From the human T2T-CHM13v2.0 reference genome, Homo sapiens, in NCBI RefSeq assembly GCF_009914755.1, contig NC_060937.1: a stretch of DNA of 64,000 bases. One strand, 5' to 3'. The position numbers and the translations under genes were made by a program. Position 1 is the first letter of the stretch. Every line of letters begins with the position of its first letter. Shown here piece by piece: positions 34,039-53,961 of the stretch. The notes under the pieces are model-generated. The model did no database searches. It was not told the origin of the DNA and saw only the letters and a program-made list of their open reading frames with translations.

Positions 34039-34639
34039 AGACCAACAACTCTTTTCATGTATTTGGCATTCATTTCCCAAGAACTTCATACAATTGATAA
34101 AATAAGTTTTTTTCCTCCATCTTCATAACTACTTTTCAAGTTATTACAAATCATGATACTTTTTAAGTCTAAGATAATGTAAAATACCCTCTGTCAGCCC
34201 ATAGTACCTGAAGGGTAAGTACCTCTTCCATGAAGTCACTAGCATCATGGCTTAGCAGGTGTTATAAAATGAATCAGCTGGGATCAGGAAGGATTTGGTA
34301 TGCTTTCAGTAATAGAGAGAGAATTTTAACAAAAATCTCGAGTATATTTTAATACCCATTTTTCATCAATTTATACTGAGTACTTTATGTTCCAGAATTA
34401 TGCAGAAAAAAATGCATGTATTCTTTTTTTCTTATAATTGCTCTCCAAATAGCAAATGGATTTATTTATTTCTCTTCTGAATTATATACTCACTGTATGA
34501 AAAAAAAAAACCTCAAACATTTCCTAAAATTATAAAAGCAAAAATCTCAGAAAGAATTCTTTAAGTATATTTGAGACATCATAGTGGCATTTCTGGTTAA
34601 TATTTGGTGAATATTTACTTTAAAATTCCATATTGCTAG

Positions 34640-35330
34640 TCATTAGATTCCAGACATCTGGAGGTTTGGGGACAGGTTGTTTTGCTAGAATAAGTAGTGT
34701 TGTGATAGGCATGCTTTTTTATATTTGCACATTTGTGTTTTCTTAGGATAGATTCATGAAAATAGACTTTAAGTCAAATGTGTGCATATTTAAAATTTCT
34801 AATAATACTGCTAATATGCTCCCTAAAACATTATTCCAGTTTGCCTTTCTAACCATTCTATGAGAGTGACTATTTCCCCAAAACCTGACCAATAGCAAGC
34901 TTTGTCAAAATTTTAAATCAGTGCTTACCTGGTATGTGACACAGAATATCTAATTGTTCCGTTTTTTCTGTGTTTACTTCAGAAGTTGAGCATATTTTCT
35001 TATAGTCATTGGACATTTGCTTTTTCTTCTGTGAATTCAAGTTCATATCCTTTTTCCATGTTTTAATTGAGAGGCTTGTCCTTTATTTATTTATTTTCTG
35101 AAGTATCCTATTTAAAAATGCAAATATTCTCCCATTTTCTATTTATCTTTCAAACCTACTTTCAGTATTTTTCCTTTTATTTTGTGTTTCACCATACAAG
35201 ACATTTTCAACTTATATGAAAACTCATGCCTATCAATTTTTCCATTTACGGTTTCTGGTTGTGTTCAGTTGCTTAAAATAGCTTCTTGCAGCCAAATTAT
35301 AAAAATATTGGCCCTTCTAGTACATTTATA
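34640..35330 (-). mobile_element. Old L1M fragment
   Basis: Diverged L1 ORF2-like antisense text (gagcatattttc...ttcttctgtgaatt...gttcatatcctttt). Confidence 0.6.
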
Positions 35331-35386
35331 ATTTAACATTATCACTCATACCAACTGGATTCTGGATGATTTTAAATTAGTGCTTA

Positions 35387-35698
<312 letters not shown>

Positions 35699-36046
35699 TT
35701 ATCTGGTAGATGAAGCAGAATATCTCATTGTTTCATTTTTTCTTTGTTTACTTCAGAAGTTTAGCATATTTTCTTATATTCATTGGACATTTGCATTTTT
35801 TTTTCTGTGAATCATCCAGAATCCATTTGGTATGAATGATAAAGCCAAGTTGCTTATTGGCATGCTCTCAAGGCCAACCGTGGTGGATGGATAAGTTTGG
35901 ACGATGAAAGATAATAAAGGAGGATGATCCTATGTGAAATTTTGATTCAAAGCATGACAATTCTCACCCCAAATTAATCTATAGTTGCCAGAGCTAACAA
36001 AAATGAAGAACAATCAGTTACATTTGCATTACAGATAAACAAGTTT

Positions 36047-36143
36047 CTTAGTATGTTTCATAGTGTATTTTATCTTAGTATGTTTCATATTGTATAGTAT
36101 GTTTCATATTGTATTTTATATGTATTGTATTTCATATTGTATT
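36047..36143 (+). repeat. Degenerate ~20-27-bp tandem repeat
   Basis: agtatgtttcata(g/t)tgtat repeated 3-4 times. Confidence 0.75.
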
Positions 36144-36293
36144 AAATTTGTGTTAATTTTAACACAAAATTAAGTGGAATAAGTAAATAAAAATACAGTG
36201 ATATTTGAAATGACAGCCAGAAAGTCATAAAATTTACTGATACCTTATGAATTGAGATACTTAGGTTATTCAGAATTTTTTTTTAGAAAACTA

Positions 36294-36637
<344 letters not shown>

Positions 36638-37280
36638 TCACTTCATTATCTCTACAGAGCTATTGTTTTTCAATGTATGATGTTTCTACACAACCAAATA
36701 GAACTTTGAGTCCAGCTTTATCCAAGACCTAACATAGAGTTAATCACATGCAATAGGGATGTTATTCTATTTTTTTTCAAATAGCAAGGATTCTTGTTTT
36801 GTTAACTATGTTAATGGTTCTCAACTCTGGCCATATATTAGAATTACATGGGGAGATTAAGAAAAATAAGATGACAAGAACCTTCACACAGAGTATGATT
36901 TATGTTGATCTAGAAGGGGGTCTTTTATAAATTATTCAATCTCCCAATGCCTCAGTTTCTTTACTAGTAAAGTGGGGGATAAAAGTATTTCCTATGTCAG
37001 AGCATCACTGTGAGGATTAAATGCTGAATGCGTGTGGTGTTTTAGAAGATGTCTGACTTCTAATAACCCTTCAATAAATGAAAGTCATTATATTATTATA
37101 TTTTGAAATCATAATAGGGATTCATAGCTCACCAAAAACAAAACTAGAATGTAGACATGGAACAAAGTATGGATAGATGATGGTGGGTGCTAGAACAGGC
37201 TTATACCTGCTTGCAAGAGCTGATTATGTGCATCTCTTCCCATGTTTTTAGTAATGTCAGGTTCGAAAATTAGCCATGGT

Positions 37281-39021
<1,741 letters not shown>

Positions 39022-39465
39022 TCAATGTGTTTACAACACAGACATCCCCAGATGTTGGAATTTATTTTTTTAACCCCAGGAAGCCAGTTATTAACATGCA
39101 CCACCAAAGGAGAGGATAGAGGTAGCTGACAGGGAAGTCTAAGAAGATACTAAAGGTTATTACCTTCACTTACTTCATGTTTTGACCTGGGCTTGGACTC
39201 AGCCAGTTGTGACATCTGTCATTCATGGAACAATCGCCTGAGCTTCAGGTCCCAAGAGATAGTGGACAGAAGAGCATGGTGAGGCTTCACTTGGCTTTGA
39301 ATATAGAATAACCAGGGTGTGATTGAGCTTTAAATTTATCTTTATCCTAAGATTGGGGTAAGTTATTTAATCCTTTTCTCAAAAACCTAAGGGTTTTTTT
39401 GAGGATATGCTCAGGTGGCACAGCAAGCCACAAGATAACATGGGCTATCTAACATTATTTCAATT

Positions 39466-39468
<3 letters not shown>

Positions 39469-39497
<29 letters not shown>
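39469..39497 (+). repeat. (AT)n microsatellite
   Basis: Direct inspection. Confidence 0.95.
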
Positions 39498-39701
39498 CTT
39501 GAAATACAGACCAAAGTAAATTAATAAATGATAATACAAGCCCACTGAAGGCCTACTTTAGGTTAGTGTTGGAACTCCCCAGCTACCTGTTCACTGGTCT
39601 TTGCTTTTGTTGCGTACTTAGATGGAAATGAACGGAAAATACAAGAGTATCTCCATGCCTCTGCTTCCCCACTGAACAGAGCAGGATGGTTGTCAGAATG
39701 A

Positions 39702-40053
<352 letters not shown>

Positions 40054-40341
40054 GCTCCTCTGTTTTTAGGAAGGTTTGTTGGGTCAGCTTATGGCTTAGG
40101 AGTTTAGCGATTAGTAAGCACCCAACCCAGGGTCTGAACATTGACTCAAGGCCTCAGTAGCCCTAAGTGCTCCCTGAGAACACAAATCCTAATAGACTAA
40201 ACATGGAAAGAGCCAGAGTCTCATTGCCTGAAAAATTATTTTTGCCGATCTTTACAAAAATCAGCATTTGTTATTGTTCAATTTTGCCTTTATTTGACTT
40301 GCTTTAATGAAAGAAACATAGTAAAGATTTTCTACAAATGA

Positions 40342-40749
<408 letters not shown>

Positions 40750-43700
40750 TAGATTGCAAATATGCAACATTGTTATTTCAATTTTTTTCTATGAATCTGA
40801 ACAAAATCATACGTAAAAAACTTCAATGTGAGTTTTAATTTCTTAATTTTAAAAAACCAAACCACAATTTTACTATTTTTGCAAGAAAGATAAATCACAT
40901 AAGACTTACCTATACAAATAATTCAACTATAAATTTACCTTTTTACAAATTTTCTTCTTTGGAAGCAGCAGATATGTAAAATCATTACATATTATGTTCA
41001 TGCTGTATGTACATAAAATGGACTACAGACCCCAAAAGTAAATTCTTTGGAGATTTGGTTCCAAAGAGGGAAAACAAACCCTCTTTGTCTGAGTATGTGA
41101 AAGGTACCAAAAAAGAGTGAAAACCAGTTTTCCTCTTTTTTTTTTTTCTTTACTCTTTTGTTTTTGTAGGAGAACCAGCAGTGGAAGAAAAGATCACTTC
41201 CTTTGTAGACACTTTATGGGTTTCGGATTCTGTAAACTCTGGCACATAACTTGACCCCAAAGTTAATGAAATCCTGTTAGACTTTCCCTGCCCTCCTTCC
41301 TGCTTCCATCCTTCAGATTATCTCACGTTTTAAAAATTCAATTTCTATTTGTATACACGTGATCTTCATGTCATTGGCTTTTTATGCAGACACATTTCAC
41401 CTACATCCTTTCCTTCCCTCATCTGGCAGCCAGTTGAGCTTCTTCCTGCCTTGAATACCACATTCCCTAGTTCTTCAAGCTCAGTCATTAGCACCCTGTC
41501 CCCCTACTAAAATTATGAATGAAAAGCCTTGTTGTTCTTTACAAGTAACTCAGGCTGCCTCAGTCAGTCAAATTCGAATGGAAGTGACTGCCAGACAAAG
41601 GGGCGGGATGATGGACAGTGCTCACAGCAAGTCATCAATGCCCACAGGAAGTTTTTTAAGCCACAGTATAGGTAGAGAGGCTTGGGCGTTCCCAGAGGAC
41701 AAGCTTACAGAAGGAGGCTGGGAGGTGGGGGGAGGGGGACTTTCTGTGTCTGTTTGGAACTTAGAAAAAACTTCCATGAAGCTCAGAGATAACAATGTAC
41801 AGAGTCAGTTTTGCCCTACCAAGAACTTAAAAATCCAGCCGTGGAGACATCTACACCTTGCAGTAATTCTGGTTTGCACCGACACACACAGACAAAAGTG
41901 AAGGCACCAACCATTTACTTGGTTTTGAATGCTGAACGGTGCAAGGGTGGCTTACATACTTGGAGCTGCACAACTCCCTGCTGAGAAGTTGCATTGTCTT
42001 GGGCCCCTCTTTCACAACAGGGGAAAAGGTAATTGACAGCCCGATTGTTTGGCTGGGACCCCTGCTGTTTTAAAATCCTAGAAGGCCCCAGTCACACGTT
42101 GTCAATAATAGCCGTCGGAGGTGAGGAGTGAAGAAGGGCTGTTCAGGAAACAGTTTGAGCCCTTCAAGTGGACAGGCCTCAGTGACTTCTGCACTCTGGC
42201 TCCCACAAGCAGCTCATTCAAAAATAACCTTAAAGTAATAAATCAAACTTGTTTCCTGAACTATACAAGGAACAGCTGGTTATTTTTCCTCACTTTTTTT
42301 TTCCAAAAGCCAAAAAAAAAAAAAAAAAAAAAGAATGAGATTTTACTACAGGAAACCAAGCATGTCAAAATTTGGCAAAGCAATTTGGATGATTTAACAG
42401 TTAAACACTTCTCTTTTTAATGTTATGCTTTCATCAGTCTTTTTTATTTAAGCTTTTCAGTTTTGCATTCTGTTTGCTGCAATTAGTGTCCCTTATCTGT
42501 TCACTCCCTACTTTTGAAAGGAAAATGAGTTTAGGATCCTGTCTTTAGAGTATTTTGCTGTGTAATTTCTAATGTACTGGTCAAGTAGCTCAACTTATTT
42601 TACAGGTAAAATTTGTTTTCTTCCACAGAGTTGAGTTTGGATTTAGATCTACAGCTCCACATATTTGTTTCTCCTGAGACCCATATATTTTGGAGTTCTG
42701 ATGACAAGGCAGTTTTTCTTTAGTCTATTGATTTAGGAACCCTGACCTAGGAGTGCATATGCTGTAACTGAAGTAGTCTGGTGCTTTAAGTAAGAGCATT
42801 TTGCAATTTTTCTGTCTCTTTGGATCTCTGTTTGTGTCTTACTTTGTGTGTCTCTTTCTCTCTTTAAACATGTTGCACTCTAGATTCTGGAAAAAAGCAT
42901 CTTCTCTTTGACTTTACAAATAATTAAAATAGAGGCATAAATAAACAATGTAAAATAATTTCCTTCTGTGATGATTACTATGTATCTTTATTTTTATAGA
43001 TGACTAATGTTTTGAACAGAAACCATTTTAAATGACAATTTTTTAAATCAAAGAAATTTTGATCTTAAAAATTGTGCATCTTAGAGATGAGTTTTTCACA
43101 ACTTGTGGACATCTAAAATTAAGAATGAATGTGTCAGATTTTAATGCACTGTGTCTATTTCAATCAATTTAAATATGATTGAACTGTTAATATTAAAATT
43201 AAGTATAAGGTTATGTAAAACATCTCTTTTCACAGGATAGTTTGATCACTATTTAATGAATTAAAAGAAGTGCTGGTCAGTTTAACAGTATATGGAAAAT
43301 TACAAGTTATACTTTGAGATATTGTCATACATGTATCATAAATTTATTTTTCTCCTTTGACCATCCTTTCATAATAAAATGTTTGTAATGAAACGTATGC
43401 TTACAGGAAGATAATACAATTCAATTTACAATGGAATTAGGTCGTGGTAGCCTTCATTTTCTTTTATATTTGCAGTAAACAACCATGCCATAATAGCACA
43501 AATAAATCCAGCTTTATGCTATATGGTTAGACTAACACACTTGGTATACTTGCAGTATCTTGGCTGATACAACTGTGAATCCACATGGGTGTGGCTTCTA
43601 TATAAATGTTTCTTCCATATATGGTTGATATTCATACTGAACCTGTTTTGATACAATTTTTCTTCACTTTCAGCATTTTCAGCTTCAAACATGTGCTACC

Positions 43701-44261
43701 TGACTAGATGGAATTCCTTGAGAACTGTATTAACATGTTTCAAAGAGTTGAATTAACAGGTTAGTACCATGTCAGAAAAGAGTGTTCCTTGAAAAGTTGC
43801 ACAGTAGTTATACAGACAGTTCACAAACAATTATGTAATTCATAATTTATATGTGAGTTACACATTGAAAATACCATCTTTAAAATAAATATTCAGTTCT
43901 ATAGATGATTCATTTCTTTCTCATTAAGTCTAAGCCTTTTGTGGTGCTAAAGGATACTCAGGAATTGATGAACTAAGTGGACCCTCCTGCAGCCTCCGTC
44001 ACTCCCTCCCTTGGCTTCTGTGGACTCTGGGCCTTAGTAGGGATGAGATAGTGAGTGTAGACTGAAAGTGCTCTGTACAGACTTGCTTTGTGGCCTCCTG
44101 TTCAGCTGCCAGTCTCACAGCTTGCCCTGAGAATGGACTTCCTGTGCTGTCATTTACACTCAGTATCACACTAAGGGCTCTTTGTCACTCAGTCTTTGAG
44201 ACAGAAGGGGGCGAGATAACAAATCTAGACTGCTTGTGTTGACTTTGTGGATAAAGTAAAG

Positions 44262-44400
44262 GGCTGGAGTCAAGAACCCTGGGTCTTATCCTAACTCTGC
44301 AACTGCCTTTCCTGTGACATTGAGCCAGCTTTTGACCTCTCCATTCCTCAGTTTTCCTCATCTATGAAATGAGGATCCCTATACTGTGTTCTCTTATTTT
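44262..44400 (+). mobile_element. MIR
   Basis: ctggagtcaagaaccctgggtctta...tgtgacattgagc...cctcagttttcctcatctatgaaatgaggat core. Confidence 0.75.
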
Positions 44401-45135
44401 ATTACAGAGATGTGGTTTCTGAAAGAGTTTCTAAATGCTTAAAGCCCTTAGTAAAAGATTTTTTTCTACAAGTAGATAAAATGACCTTTTTCTGCTTTGG
44501 AGAGATGGGATGGATACCGCAGTTGATTAATTACTCCCTACTCCCAGAAATACTTCTCTTTAGAACCTCGTAAGTAGGGCCTTTCCCTTCTACCGTTGTA
44601 AGTTTTTTCTCATTATTTCATTTTGTGTGCTGTCTCTTCCCCCTGCAATATTTCCTTCCTTTCTATGTGGGAAATGATAGCCCCATGCTATGGGATCAGG
44701 GTGCGTAGAAGTTGGTAAATATAAAGTACACTTATAAAAGGCTGTGTTCAAAGTGCATCTGCAGAGACGTGGAGGAAAACAAGGAGAGCATGCTGAGTGA
44801 CAGGAATGAATGAGGGCACACAGTAAAGGCCATGGAAGCTTCAGCAAATTTATTGGCTTCAGAAACATAAATCCACAAAAGCAGCTACCACCTGGCTAGA
44901 TGGGTCTCTGGGTCCTGGGCCCACTAATTTAGAAGGATCTTTTTGTAAAGAGATGATGTTGGACAGGGGTCAGAACCTATAGTGAAATTCAGGGATTCTC
45001 TCTATGGAGTGGGATGAAGTGTCTCTTCCACTGATATCAGTAGTTATATTCTTTTGCTTATTTAGTTCAATTATGTGAATAAATGGAATGAAAAGCGATT
45101 TACTCTACTTCAGTTAGAATTTGTAAAATATTGTG

Positions 45136-45327
<192 letters not shown>

Positions 45328-46158
45328 TAAAGAATGCATTTTAATATGTTTCACTTTTTAAAGCTCCTAAGTGGTTTTGTTGCTAATTTTTTTAAATTTT
45401 GTTTTGTGAAGAGATTGGTAACATAAATTGTAAAGCAGAAATTAATTCACCTAGCTTTCCTCATCACAGTTTAAGACGGATATTTGTGTTCTGGTTTGCT
45501 TATTTGTTTTTCCGGGTCCACACATTCACTCATATGTGTTTAGATTTTTCATGTGGAAGGCAGTGATATAATTTCAGGCCTATATGTTTTGACCCTCTGT
45601 TCACACATGGTTGTTATATGCCCTGACATTGTGTTTACTTCACATTTCCTATTTTTCCACTGTATATCTGAGGATATTTCATGCTATTTTGTTACCTAAA
45701 GAGAGGCTACTGCTACATGGGGAGACATATATACATATATGTAGGAGTACACCTATGTGTGCATGTGTGTGTATTTATAAATCTCTCTCCATGTAGCAGT
45801 ACACATATATATATGTATATATAATTTGTTTTTATGAGAAGGATGTGAAAAGATACACAAGTCTGTTTATAATACAGATCTGAAGGAGAGATAGGCAAAT
45901 ATTGATTTAAAAAAAATTTCCCCTGATTTGTTTCACTTTGTACAACAAACAGGTATTACTTTCTTAATTAAAAACATCAATAAAAAATGTTTCAATACTG
46001 ATTAAAAACAGTTAAAGAGGAAATTTAACAGTGGCAAATAATATCTGTATTTTATAAGGGTTTTGCCAGTCTTGACAAAGTATCTAGAAATTCGCTAAAA
46101 GACAGTTTCTTTTGTTTTTCAGAGCACACATTAAAAAAAAAAAAAAATCGCAATGATT

Positions 46159-46186
46159 AGTGCTCCCTCTGCTGGTTTCCCTGCAA
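46159..46186 (-). promoter_or_regulatory. CTCF motif (reverse) with upstream module
   Basis: Minus strand TTGCAGggaaaCCAGCAGAGGGAGCACT: core plus a TGCAG upstream motif at typical spacing. Confidence 0.65.
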
Positions 46187-48142
46187 CAGTTTGTTGCGGT
46201 GATTTGGGAGGATGAAAAGACAGCAAGGAAAATTCTGTTACTTTTGGTCTTTAAACATTATTTCTATATACAAGTGTTATCCTTGATTGGTAGCAAATGC
46301 CAATGTAGTTTCTGAAAATTTATTCTTTCTTAAAATTCAATAGTGATTCTGAAGTTGGGCTAGATAATTATAATCCTTTTAAAATTAATTCCTCCTTTCT
46401 TATATCATGAAGCAGGACATAAAGCATAACAATTCTTATTTATTGGGATTTTTCTTGGGTAGGAGTTAACCTTATATAGCTAACTCTCAGTAACTTGACC
46501 TAGCAGTAGTAAAGTTGGCTATTTGAACATCAAGCTGACACTCTAGTAAGCAAAATAGAGGTTTGGAGTGACATTATCACTGGAGAATTACATTCTGTAA
46601 TTAAACACTTTGCTGTATCATTATTTTAGTCTACATCATCCTATGTGAAAGATATTTGGAAATTGCATAGTTGATTTAATTTATCTTGATATCCATACTA
46701 TAATTAAAGATTCTTAGAATTCATTGGATTCATCAATTTGCTCTCTGTGAATTTGTACTTTCATGAATCAGAGTATGTTGATCCATATACAGTGTTCATT
46801 TAACTAATACTTGTATTAAATCACTTCTAAATGCTTATTATACCCTGTATTATAGTATTATATTCTGAGTCTTAAAGGTGCTTAATGTGAAGATTCTCTC
46901 TCTACATATTCAACTCTTACTAACTTTTGGCTTTAGGTAGAAATCAGTTAGTGTATTATATGATAAAATAGGAAACTATTTCCCTAGGGGTATAGGTATT
47001 CAGTAGGGAGCTTTGGAGTCTCAATGAGCTTCTTAAAGAAGCATTTTTAATGGTAGGTTTTAGGGAGAGTTTTTGTAGTAAGATAAAGTAGATGAGAAAG
47101 TGTTGCCTCTAAACAATCAACAAGCTGGGAATGGGGTGCAGAATGAGGAGAACCCTAAGCAATAGGCAATAAGGAGTGAAAGGAAGGAGGTGTCACTCAT
47201 TGGGAAAGAAAAGGAACTGTATGTCCTCTACTGAGAGCTGCTGTCTTCTTAAAAGTCATTTTTGTGAGGTGTGCTTGCGGAATGGTAAAACAGAAAGGAA
47301 ATAACAGAGTAGAAGGTCAGATCTCCCAAATCAACCTTACTCATCACTGGTGTGCAAGATACCATCATCAGATCATTTTAACACTCTGGAAAATACCACG
47401 GAGAGGTTTAGCAAGTGACAATTAACATCAGGGAGAAGCAGTTTCTAATAAGGAGATCCAGCCATTGCTGCTGGAGTTTAGATGTGGAATTTCTAGGCTC
47501 TGGAAAGTGTAGAGGCAGAAATGAGGTGATTACTTTCCTCTCCATCATAAGCATTATGGCTAACACCCCTATAACAAAGGCAGGTTATCAAGAAAAAAGA
47601 ATAATACATTTATTTAAGCACAGTTTGATATGATATGGGAGGCTTCAGAATGAAGACCCAAAGATGCAGGGAAAATTGTTGCGTTTTATGCTGATGTTCA
47701 ATGAAGTATGGATAGCCATATAAAATATGATTGGACAAAAAGGATAAAATCTAATGCTTTGATGCTAATAGACAGAGTCAGGAAACTCGGCAAAGCCTGT
47801 CCAGATTTTTCTTGGTCTTTCTGTACAGCATTATTTTGTTGACAAAAAAAGCCAAACTCTGTAAGATATTTGAAGAGGTTTATTCTGAGCCAAATATGAG
47901 TGGCAGGGCCTTTGACACAGCCTCAGGAGGCCCTAAGAACATGCACCTAAGAGGATTGTGTTACAGCTTGGTTTAATACATTTTAGGGAGACAGAAGTTA
48001 TAGGCATGTAAGGTATACATTGGTTTGGCCCAGAAAGGTGGGACATCTCAAAGTGAGGGGGGAAGGTGGGGAAGGGGAGCTTCTTCGTCATAGATGGATT
48101 CAAAGATTTTCTGATTGACAATTGGTTGAAATAATTAAGCTT

Positions 48143-48450
<308 letters not shown>

Positions 48451-48872
48451 TAATGATAATAATTAAGCTTTGCCTGATGACTTGAAGTCAGCATAAAGAA
48501 ATGCTTGAGTTAAGATAAGGAGGTTTGTGGAAATCAAGGTTCTTACTATGTAGGTGAAGCCTCTTAAATAATAGATGTAAATGTCTCTTATGGGACATAA
48601 AAGATGCCAGACTCTTACTTAAATCTCTCCTGGGTCAGGAAAAGACAAGGAAAGGGAAGGGGATTATTTACTGAATGTAGATTTTCCCCACAAGAGACAG
48701 CTTTGCAGGGCCATCCAAAAATATTTCAAATAAATATATTTTGGAGTAAAATACTTTGTTTTTTTTTGGGGGGGGGGCCTGTTATTTGTCATGTGATACT
48801 ATAAGAGAGTTAGGTTGAATTTGCTATCTTATTGCTACAAAGAATCTGTTTCGTCAGCCTTATGATCTCTAT

Positions 48873-49283
<411 letters not shown>

Positions 49284-50512
49284 TGAACTAGTTCTTCAGG
49301 TTTCTTTCAGATCACCTTGGCCTAGAGGGGGTCTATTCAGTCAGTTGAGAGGCTTAGGATTTTAATTTTTGCTAACGCTTTCCTTTGGGATATGGAGCAG
49401 GACCCCTCTGGAATGAGGGTCTAATTTCCTTATGGCCAGGTATTACACAGAAAGATGGGGGAAGGATAGAGTTGTATTTTTAGGCTTTAGGACTGACTTT
49501 AGAGAAAAAGCGTTCTAATTTCTATGGCTTGCCTCAGGGAGAATGAGGGGCAAGAGACAGGAGGGCAGAAGGTTGGAGAGAGACTTTGCTTTGCAAGCCT
49601 TCGCTTTGGGGTTTCTTTTTCTGAACCCCAACATTTCTCATTCTGAAACTTCCTCAAGAAGTTTCACAGTCCAAAAATTGATTGATAGATTGTCTCATAA
49701 GCCATTGAATCAGTCTCTCAGTCCTGATAATAGGCCAGTCTAGCTAAACAGTTAACAGTTGTGTCTCATTTCAGGCAGTGGTGTTGCCGATGGGCTTCCA
49801 TGAAAGTCGGGGCTCTATACAGTGTGAGCAATGAGATATTTACTTTTGAGTATCACTTCCTGAGCCCCAACAAAGGACTTTAGAGAGTGCTGGGTGTGGA
49901 TGTTGTGGAGGGGTTGGACTGAGGGGGCATAAATTCTTGGATTCCAGTGCTAGAGGACCTGGAGTCAACAGGGAGTGAATCAAAGCGAAAACAAGACTCA
50001 GTTTCTATGGCTGGGCTCTGAGGTCAGGAATACTAATGGTAGGATCCCTGCTCTGGAAAGTGGGATGTGAGTGGCCATGGATAAGGCTGATTTGATACTA
50101 ACCTCAATATACTGCTACATTCCTTCATCCTGAGACTGAAGAGGGTTTGCACAGGAGTGCATGTTCAGTTTAGGACCTAGAAGCACACAGATAACTGTGC
50201 CAAAGGGAGGAATTTTAGGAGACATTATTGGATGAGAGGTCATGCCCCTTGCTTCACAAAGCATGATGTATGGGCTAATGCTTACTTAGCCTGCTCATAA
50301 AGTCATTCTACATTAGAGGTTAGAGACTAAAGATACCAGAACACCCATTCTTCAAACAACTTTTACATTTACTTTCAGGACCACATAATTGTTCTCTAAC
50401 TTTTCATATATTTGTTTTCAGTTTTTTTTCTCTTCAGATGATATACTTTAAGTTTGTTCAATGCAGGAACGTTTTTTCAGAGCTTTTGCATTTCCCCAAG
50501 TGCCTAACTTAA

Positions 50513-50789
<277 letters not shown>

Positions 50790-50882
50790 TAAAAATTTCA
50801 GAAAACTATAAGTGGATTTTGCTTATGATAATCAAGCTGATACTTGAAAACAATTGAACACAGGGAACTTTTCATTGAAGGC

Positions 50883-52020
<1,138 letters not shown>

Positions 52021-52408
52021 AATGATAGCTATTTTTAAAACTACTCTTTACATTGTTAGAAGAACCATTCATCGAAAGATTACTCATATGTTCTTAAGAC
52101 TCTAGGAAATGCAGTTTGGAAAGGGAAAGCTTTTATCCATATTCCCTAGGAGATCCACATGGAATAAGTTATATGTTTAGATGGATGCATGTGTCCCTCA
52201 CCCTTGTGCCACATGAAATCTGACACTAAGCAATGCATTAATCTAAGTAAGGACAGGAAGCATACAAGATCTGTTGGAATTACTTCAAGCCTCACAGCTA
52301 TCTTTTAGTTTTATACATATTACTTGAGAAAAAAATATGAACCTTGTTTCTTGCCCTCCATACCCTTCTGGTCAGAAGGATAGAGATCCTCCAGATCTAT
52401 ACTACTTA

Positions 52409-52720
<312 letters not shown>

Positions 52721-52811
52721 AAACCAAAATACAGTAGCTATTATGCACATGGGGCTAGTGAGCACTTGAAATGTGCTGAAATATATACCGTGTTTCAAAG
52801 ACTTAGTGCAA

Positions 52812-52975
52812 GGCCAGATGTGGTGTGACACCTGTAATCTCAGCATTTTGGGAGGCTGAGGTGGGAGGATCACTTGAGCTCAGGAGTTCAAGGCTGCAGT
52901 GAGCTATGATTCTGCCACTGCACTCTGGCCTGGACAACAGAGCAAGACGCTGTCTCAAAAAAAAAGAAAAAAAAA
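52812..52975 (+). mobile_element. Alu monomer (FRAM/FAM-like)
   Basis: Monomer match; TSD tcaaagactt(a/g)gt(g/a)caa. Confidence 0.8.
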
Positions 52976-53272
52976 TCAAAGACTTGGTACAAAGAAATAA
53001 AAAGAATGTGAAATATCTAATTAACTCTTAAAGTATTGATGATATGTTGAAATGATACTGTTTGGATTAAATAAAATGCTAGTAAAGTTATTTTCACCTG
53101 TTTCTTTTTACTTTTTCACTATTCATAAATTTTTAGTTACTCACATGGCTCATATTATATTTCTGTTGGACAGAGCTTCCCTAGGCCAATAGTTCTTAAT
53201 CTTTCTTGATTAAATAATAGATTTCTTTGAGTATAGGATAAAAGCTCTATAAATCATAAATATTGATAGATA

Positions 53273-53961
53273 CTGTCAGTTCTGCTATACCCAGCATGTG
53301 TTCTTAAGGTGTGTACTGTGCAATATCATGCAATAGAAACCACAGGGCTGGAATTAGGGGAAAACATTCACAATTTTGTAATTGATACATAAAGGGTTAG
53401 GAACTTAATAAAAACAGTAGCACGGTAAATGGTGAAGATCTATATCAATGCTGTAATAAATGTAGCCCTTGAAAAGTATTTCTTTTGTTTGTGGAATGGA
53501 CATTTGATACAACTGCTCTCAGACAGACACATGCCTTCCCTGTTTCCACGCCGGCAGCCTTGTGTACAAGAGGAGATAGAAAAAGAATGAGGAAAAGGAG
53601 CAAAACAACAGAGAACATAGAGGAAAATGCAAAATAGGCTGAGAGGAAAGAAGGAAAAATTAAGGAGAGGGCAGGTGGCCATATGGCTAGTGTGCATGGT
53701 TGCAGCTTGCGAGTTATTGGAAAGTAAGGTGTAACTGCAGACATAGAAGGGTGTAGCTGCTCATTGTCCTTGTGCAGTGTGCACATGTGAGGATTCCTGC
53801 ATAGTTCAATTGGGTGCAGTTTTCTGTGTTGGCCTAGTGATGAGATTGGCAGATAAAATTGGCATAAGCAAATGTGAAGTAGCATTGTGCTAAAAGCTTT
53901 CCTAATATATCTGTCACATTGGGCGAGATTTTCCAAACAAGCATTATAGCAGAACTGACTG
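53273..53961. mobile_element. Non-autonomous Tigger (Tigger13a-like)
   Basis: Terminal inverted repeats ctgtcagttctgctata / tatagcagaactgactg, each flanked by TA. Confidence 0.8.
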
